Of a stretch of DNA of 64,000 bases, positions 1 through 64,000 are shown in pieces (the first letter of the stretch is position 1; every line of letters starts with the position of its first letter). The notes beneath the pieces are model-generated. The model was not told the DNA's origin and searched no databases. It was given only the letters and a program-made list of their open reading frames with translations. Both the position numbers and the translations under genes were made by a program. Origin of the DNA: Octopus vulgaris (taxonomy: Eukaryota); assembly GCA_951406725.2 (NCBI GenBank), contig OX597833.1, positions 72,044,001 to 72,108,000 of the forward strand. Direction: 5' to 3'.

Positions 1-600
1 TTCTGTGAAAGAAGGACTGAGTATATTGATAAGTATGGGGTCTGGAGGTTGGATCCAACCTCCAGACACCATATTTATGATGATGGGAAAAGGAAAGAAG
101 AATGGGACAGGAGTGCCAAAGCTGAGGTGGCAGGAGCCTCAAAGACCAATGGGGAAGCAAGAGATTGCAGAGGCCGGAGCCTTTATGCTAACCAGAAAGG
201 TGGCCCTTTTTTGAATGCAATCAAGGGTGTATGCAGCAGCAGTAGCTCTGTCCAAGATGCGAGAACAATACTCTGTTATGGGCCTTGTCTGAGCCATGTA
301 GAGTATCAGTATTTGATGGGAGCTGAAGTAACTTCTGGCTCTGAAGAGAAAGGCCAGGGATGTAACCACGGCTATGTGAAGGATGTGCTTTTGCCAGGAT
401 AGGGGCTTGATGATGATAGTGAGGCTCAACAACTGGGACAATTTTAAGGCCTCTAACAGAGTGTTACTCATGGTTATGGGGAGTGTTGTGTGAGGATGTT
501 TTCTCAATATGATAACAGTTGTGTTTTCTTGTTGAAAGAAACAACATTAGCCTAAGGGACAGAAGCTGTATTTGAGGTCTTGCTTCATGGAGCCATTACA
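1..600 (-). mobile_element. Degenerate CR1/L2/Jockey-group LINE, RT 3' region
   Basis: Translation LSWQKHI...LYMAQTRPITEYCSRI...LDCIQKRA, typical post-RT motif; a related fragment is at ~24960-25400 (LEHIQRKAALLI). Confidence 0.7.
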
Positions 601-938
601 GGCTTGGCATGCACAAACGGACGATGCATGGTTAGAGGGTATTTAAGAGGAATGAAGGGTTGGGTTATCTGCTTAGGTGTGGGTGTTGTTAGATGTGTTA
701 GCAAGTAAATCATTGATGCATAGAAGGAAGAGGATGGGAACGAGGATGAAACCACCCCCAGGACCATACTGGGTGTAGAGATAACGAGAGACCAAAAGCG
801 TTTCATTAAGAATCTAATCTGTTAATTGCATTAATTAATGTAAGCATTGACTGGCAATATGAAATGGTTTTAACTCTGTATTGAATAAAACAAAAAAGAG
901 AGAACCTCAGTAAGGCCGAAGCACATTTTGTCACTTAC

Positions 939-57449
<56,511 letters not shown>

Positions 57450-57959
57450 CACTGAAAATGGATAATGTGATTACAGGTAGTGCTGTTGACTTGTGTCACT
57501 GTTAAACTAACAATTCGAAAGACCGGCCTTGTTTTGGTGATATATCTTGAGTAATAAAGTTACTAATAGATTGTCACACTGTGCGTGTGTGTGTGTGTGT
57601 GTGCACGTGTGTGTGTGCGTGTGCGTGCGTGTGTGTGCGTGTGTGTATGTGTGTATGTACATGCACTATGTATTTGTGTGTGTGAGTATTTGTGTATGTA
57701 TCTGTGTATTGGTATGAGTGTGTGCACATGCATGTGTGATTGTGTTTGTATGTCTGTGTGTGTGTGCGTGTATGTGTGTGCACCAGTATGTATGATCATG
57801 TATATTTGTGTATATGTGTGTGTACATGCATGTGTGATTGTGTTTGTGTTTGTGGTGTGTGTGTGCACGTGTCAATATGACCCCAACTCTATCACCACCA
57901 AACTAGCAAGTATGTCACCAAGTAGTCACTCAAGCTGCTAGAAACAATAGCTTGATTTC

Positions 57960-58470
57960 TTTCAAATTACACCCTAACATCTTGAAGAAGTAGAGATGTA
58001 TAATACATGTCCGAGAGAAGGAAGGAATAGTCATGGCTAAAGTACCTTTGATTATAGATTTACTGTGTCTTAGATGACCTGGGGGTTAAACAAAAAACAA
58101 TATATGAGATGGTCATGGCTGGAATACCGTTAATTATAAGTATACTTGATCATAGCCAACTTTTCCAACAACAACAACAACAATGACAATAACAACAATA
58201 AATATATAAATGTATAAATATATAAAATGGGATGGTTATGGTTGGAATGCCTTTGGTAATTGGTCTTCTCATACAGGACAAGCCTGAGGTTAAACAACAA
58301 AGAGGACAACCAATAAATAAGATGGAATGGTCATGATTGGAATGTCTTTGGTCAAAGGCTTAGTTGATATCCCGGGGCTAAACAACTACAACCAATATGT
58401 AAGATGCAATGGTCATCATTGGAATGCCTTTGACTATGAATCTGCTCATTCATGGCTGTCCTCGTGTTAA
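57960..58470 (+). repeat. Degenerate ~100-bp tandem repeat (about 5 units)
   Basis: Recurring gatggtcatggctggaatgcctttg...ggggctaaacaacaac; dispersed relatives at ~12360-12890, 16540-16710, 17230-17420 and 62400-62520. Confidence 0.7.
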
Positions 58471-59201
58471 ACTGACTTGGTTGCCAATAGTGACAAATTA
58501 ACCTAAATCAAGATATGTTTATTACTGTGTTTATGTAAACATGATTGAGTTCTGCTTTGTAGTGAAACCTATATTAATGAGAACAAGCCTCAAAAACTAG
58601 AGCATCAGGATTATGAATCACAATGTTTTTTGAAAACTCCAACTATAGTTCTGTAGACATAGAAATCAGAGAGCATCTGATTCTAGTTGTAATCATTTGA
58701 CCACAAGTCAGAGAGATTTGGGGTGGGGGGGTAGAGGGCATTTCAACCTCAGTGAATAAAGATACAAGGCTCCATTTTTGGGGTGTAGTTAACACAGACA
58801 AATTCACATTTGCAACTTGAGTAAAGTCTTGCATATCTTTACTGTTCTACTCACAGATTGCACTTGTAATGTATGAATCAGCTGGGCAATTTCTCTTTCT
58901 GAAAATCCCACTTTATCCTGAGTCTCCTTTAAGCATTTACTAACAAAACCTAGTGTTCCAATTATTATTGGTATGAATATGAATTCATATTCTGGATAGA
59001 GAAGCTGAAGGTTTTGAAGCAGTTGTCTATAGATATCCTCTTTTTCTTTGATTTTCAAAGAGATATTTATATCTGCAGGCAGCTGACCTCTGTGATGGTG
59101 TATACCTTTGCCCCTCTGTCTATGTATGTATGTATGTATGTATGTATGTATGTATGTATGTATGTATGTATGTATGTATGTATGTATGTATGTATGTACG
59201 T

Positions 59202-59810
59202 ACAGGGTGTGATGAATAAATTGTTGCCATTTTATATTTTTCATTTTGCACATGCGCATTGTTTGTTTTTGATTTTGTCAACTACACAGTATAGTAGGGT
59301 CAGTTGGGCACCATCTGTGAGAAAAACAGCACCATGACACAATTCACTCTGCCAGAAATTTGGAAATGACATGCTGTACTGCTTGGCATTCACACTGGAA
59401 GCTCCAATACGAACATTTCAGAGTGTTTGGGCATCAATCTGAGGACGTGTACCGAGAGTTATAAAAATCAAACATTCAGTCAACATCATGGTGTTTGGAG
59501 TGATCACTAGTAATTGCAACGTTATACCTCCATTCATCTTCCCACATGGCCTCAGACTCAACTTGGAGGCTTACATCAAGTGCCTGGAGGAGGTAGTGCT
59601 ACCCTAGGTCAAGAGGGTGGCTGCTGCAACACCCTGTTTCTGGCAACAAAACTCTGCACCATGCCACACAAGCAGGAGAACCCAGTCATGGCTGTCAGAA
59701 AATTTTGGTGATTACATCACCCCTAACATCTAACCACCTAACTCCCCTGACTGCAACCCTCTTCATTAATATGTGTGGGGCACAGTTGAGCGAGACACCA
59801 ACAAAACAGC
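59202..59810 (+). mobile_element. DD37D (maT-like) transposon, deleted copy
   Basis: TA + CAGGGTGTGATGAATAAATTG TIR; VNIMVFGVITS...NSAPCHTSRR. Confidence 0.85.
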
Positions 59811-61204
59811 TGGGTATTCTTCCTAACGCCAACCATTTTACAGAGTGAGCTGAGTACTTCTTACATGCCACTGGCATGAGTGCATTTACACAGCACTGGC
59901 ACAAGTGCATTTTATGCAACACTGGCACCTGTAAAGGACAAGCCAGTATGTATGGATGACATCAATATTACTTAGCTTGACACATCTTCTCAAGTACAAC
60001 AAATCACCACAACTCCAAGTTCCTTGTCATTTCCTCAGTGAGGCCCAGCATCTGAAGATCCTTTCTCACTACTTCATCCCACATCTTCCTGGGTCTACTC
60101 CTTCAATAGGTTCCCTCCACAACTAGAACTCAGCACTTCTTTATGCAGCTGTCCTCATCCATGTGTATAACATGACCAAACCAGTGCAGTCTTCATCTGA
60201 TGTCTCTTACACAGAAAATATTAATCAACTGTAATTTTTGTTTTAGTTGGAGAAAAAAAAACAAAAAACAAAAACCGAGCAGCTATTGTTGGTGATGCAC
60301 ACAGAAAGGAAGCAAGAATTTAAAGAAATTAAGAAGGAAATCCTTGAGTTAATTTAAATGTTTAGAGTAAAAGAAATTTGATTTTTGTTTGCCAGCAAAG
60401 GACAACTATGGATATGCTTTAGTCTCTTAGACTTCATCAACATTGTAGATTAACCAAGCCTGTAAGTACTGGACATAGTTTATCAATAGGAAAAAGTGTT
60501 ACAATTAATTTTAACCAGAACAATTTGCATAATTATTTGCATAAAATGAACTAATACAAAACATTTCAAAGTTTTCTTTTTATTAGGAGAAAGAAAACAA
60601 AGCTTGATGGTAAATGGCTCTCAAAGAAAAAATGAGATAATTTCCAAAAATTAATTCTTCAAGTTAATATTCATGCTAGTAAAAAGGCAGCTTGATCTTC
60701 TTTTTTGTATTTTTGCTAGAGCCAAAGGACAATTTAGAACTTGTTTCTGTCTATTTGATCTCATCAGAACAGTGCAGTTTCAGCCAAGCCTTCAGATGAG
60801 TGGATTGATTTTTACATATGGAAAAAGTGTGATGATAGAAATGTATACTGATGAACAGTAAATTATTGTGCATAATCACACCAGCCATTTCCCTTTTTTG
60901 TTTACAGGCCACTGATAGGTAAATAAAAATGTTAGGAAAAATCCTCACTCAACCACAGCTGTTGTATTGAGTCATCCACTGCAACTCAAGACCCTCAGTA
61001 ATTAGCTATTCACTTGTAGTGGGATTATGTGATTTGAGGGTGTTCTCTTTGTAGACATTAAACAAAGCAAGAGCAAGGTTAACTAATGATAAAAAGGAAC
61101 TAAAATTGTGTCAAACGAACCTCTATGTGGTCAATAATATGCTAAATATTTCAGTTGAATTTCTCTAAAACTCTTCTACTTTCAAAAAGAAAGAACACAT
61201 TCAA

Positions 61205-61890
61205 TGGTACACAAGTATACCAACTTTGTTTCCTCATAACTTCCAGAAAATGGATATTTTTTAATGAAATTTTCCAGAAATGCACTACAGATTATGTATA
61301 TTCCGATTATGTCAAATTCGTGGGGAAAATTTTCCCTTGGATGGAGAGAGGAGTTTTGGAAAATTCACACGAGTCAACTTTGTTTCCTCATGACTTTCAC
61401 AAACATGGGCATTTTGTAATGAAATTTTCAGATGGTGTAGATTTGGATTATACTGGAATTTAATATGAAAAATAAAATTGTTGGGCTCGTACACATATAT
61501 ACTGACACATCACCATTTTTTTCCGAAATTTCAAGTTGCACTTTGTAGGTATACGTGGTGTGTGTCAGTAAGTATGCATGCGAATCTATCCCCCCACTTT
61601 TTTTTTTTTGTATTAAATTCCAATATAATCATAATCTTACACCATCTGAGAGGTATTTGTAGAAAAATTTCGTAAGATAAAGTATCCATTTTTCTAAAAG
61701 TCATGAGGAAACAAAGTCAATTTGCATGAATTTTCTGAAGTTGCTCTCCTTACCTTCAATAAAAAAATTTTCTACAACAAATTCCAATATAATCAGAATC
61801 TACACCCTCTGAAGCATATTTGTAGAAAATATCTATTTTTCTGGAAGTTATGAGGAAACAAAGTCAAAGGTGGTGCACACTCGCGTAGGC
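61205..61890. mobile_element. Palindromic MITE with duplicated subterminal blocks
   Basis: ctttgtttcctcat(a/g)actt at 61224 and 61378; reverse complement at ~61700 and ~61845. Confidence 0.7.
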
Positions 61891-62060
61891 ATGCCCTGGC
61901 CTAATACTCTTATGTAAATTTGCGATAAAAACATAGACCGGAATACTCAATGCAAAGTAAAACAATCACAATTAATTCATTATATATATGAACAAATAAT
62001 TCAATGCCCATTGTTCTCTTCCTTTATTTAACCCTTATAATATAAGAGTGAATCGCTGTT

Positions 62061-62133
62061 GGCCCTGTGGCCTAATGGATAAGGCGTCGGCCTCCGGAGC
62101 CGAAGATTGTGGGTTCAAGTCCCATCAGGGTCG
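62061..62133 (+). tRNA. tRNA-Arg(CCG)
   Basis: Acceptor GGCCCTG/CAGGGTC, A box TGGCCTAATGG, anticodon arm TCGGC-CTCCGGA-GCCGA, T arm GTGGG-TTCAAGT-CCCAT, 73 nt. Confidence 0.96.
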
Positions 62134-62143
62134 TTAGCCACTA

Positions 62144-62149
62144 TTTTTT
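62144..62149 (+). terminator. RNA polymerase III terminator (T6) of tRNA-Arg
   Basis: TTTTTT about 10 nt after the tRNA 3' end. Confidence 0.8.
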
Positions 62150-63287
62150 ATTCCGTTCCGTTTTTACTTGGAATTATTTGTCAACGACAATTCAATGTTG
62201 TTTATCAGTTACGAGTTGTCTCCATCGTTGGGAATAAAATTAGTGGAAGCGAAAACCAAAATTGTTGTTAAACCCCCGGTCATTCCTGACTGATGATCAA
62301 CGACATTTCATTCGTGACTATTGTCACTTTATTATCCCATCGCTATTTATAAGCTGGGTGAAGAAATTGAGAAATTTGGCTGCAACCTTTAATAGCTCAC
62401 AAAGAGAAAATATGATGTTGATGGTGTTGTTTTAATTCCAGGCCACCTCTCATCGAGCAGGCCTATAATGAAAAGACATTACAACCATGACCATTCCTAC
62501 GTTTTGTACATTCAAGACTAAACTATCAATTGCACATCTCTCTCACCCCCGCCTCTCCCTCATGGCGGAAAGGTGTAATCTGATAGGAAATTGACTGTTA
62601 TTTCCAGTAAATCGATTGAACACATAACGACTTCCTTGGTGCACAGTGGAGAACAACTAATCGGTGTTTTAATGCACAGTTCAAAGTGCACGACCAGGTA
62701 AGCCGACTTCAGTTCTTTTGTTTTCCAGTATGCTTCTTCTTTTTGCACGTATAATTCTTATTGGCCTTTCTCGTTGCTATTATTTAGTCCCAGCTAAAAG
62801 CTACGGACATTTGTGTGCTGTCGTTATTATCATTACTCTTCGTTGCATAGTTAGAAATGATATCCAGTACTTGACTGGCACTTTATTTTATCGAATTCCG
62901 GAAGATGAAGAGGAAAGTTGATCTCTCTAGAATCTGAACCCAGACTGTAAAGGGATGTAACTAAATACCGTTTGCATCTTGTCGGACGCTCTAAGAAGTG
63001 TCCAAATTCACAGCCATGTTGTTATTGTTTATCGCCAGACCGTCCTGGTGGAGCAGACCAATGATGAAAGGCTTTCCAAATCGAGGATCATCGTAGGTCG
63101 GTTCTTTTTTGGTTAGCTCACCCCCATTAAAAAATTGGGTTATCTCCCCCAACTAAAAAAATTGTTTAACCCTCAATAAAACAGAAGGAAACTGAAAAAT
63201 AAATAAACAAGAAAAGGGGAAAGATTATTGAATCTAACAGTTTAATAACAAATAGGAAGCGGAGTAGAACAAGGAGGAAGAGTAGTA

Positions 63288-63420
63288 GTGGTTGTGTGGC
63301 AAGAAGATTGCTTCCCAAACACATGGTTCCAGGTTCAGTCCCACTGCGTGGCACCATGGGCAAGTATCTTCCATTATGACCCCAGGCTGACCAAAGTCTT
63401 GTGAGTGGATTTGCTAAACG
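63288..63420 (+). mobile_element. tRNA-derived SINE head
   Basis: TGGTTGTGTGG A-box-like and GGTTCAGTCCC B-box, followed by GGGCAAGT core. Confidence 0.7.
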
Positions 63421-64000
63421 GGAAAAAAAACTGAAGAGATTGAACATCTTATTGAATCTAATAACCTTTTTATAGCAAATCATACCCTGCGTATTGAGGA
63501 GGCCGAAAGTTAACAATGTGTCGAAGTATTGAATGAAGAGGATCTAATCCTTTTAATCCAATCTCTTGTCGCCACATAAACTCAACTTTTAGTGGGGAGA
63601 TAATCCAATTTTTTAATGGCAAATTTTTTAATGGGAGTGGGATAACCAAAAAGTAGTCATAGGTCTGCTGGACCACGACTGACCTGGAGTTAAAAGAATA
63701 GAAAAGAGAAAAACGAAAGAAAGAAAACAGAAGCACATAAAAAAAATCCGTCGTTGTCTCTCCTAAGTGGGTGTATATAATAAAGAGGAATGGAAGATCA
63801 ATTCAATACTTGTTGCAATATTTGCAACTTCTATATGGCCATTTATTATTATTCATATTTTTTACGTACCTAAATATTTCAAGAAATTCCTAAAGACTAG
63901 AGCCAGAAATTATTTAGTGTGTCAAAAGCGATAATTTTCGGATGATGTGTATATTTAAGCATTGTAAATTACAATTCTGTAAATTAAATTAAATTGAATT

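Overview
AT-rich, microsatellite- and transposon-dense eukaryotic DNA. The repeat repertoire (RTE LINEs with (CAT)n tails, Nin-domain-like SINEs, Dong/R4 LINEs, Penelope remnants) resembles an octopus/coleoid cephalopod genome; this is inference. One minus-strand gene dominates the window: a long-type ABCC (MRP1/ABCC1-like) transporter. I could splice 24 coding exons by hand from the ATG at 57449 down to 939. All have GT-AG boundaries and compatible phases (3714 nt, 1238 codons, covering TMD0-L0-TMD1-NBD1-linker-most of TMD2), and the gene continues off the left edge. An intact tRNA-Arg(CCG) lies at 62061-62133. The introns hold RTE, CR1/L2-group, Dong/R4, Tx1/L1 and Penelope remnants, DD37D and mariner transposons, hAT/Mutator-like MITEs, Helitrons and SINEs. 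Most notable observations: (1) a degenerate ~37-bp tandem array made from the exon 17 3' end plus its splice donor; (2) Penelope-type hammerhead ribozyme motifs, two of them in pre-mRNA sense; (3) inverted RTE tails bracketing a 606-nt, phase-0, stop-free three-exon block (circRNA candidate); (4) a CpG-rich, promoter-like island with nested palindromic elements in intron 21; (5) substitutions at MRP1 substrate-binding residues. No clearly new multi-gene system is demonstrable from sequence alone.
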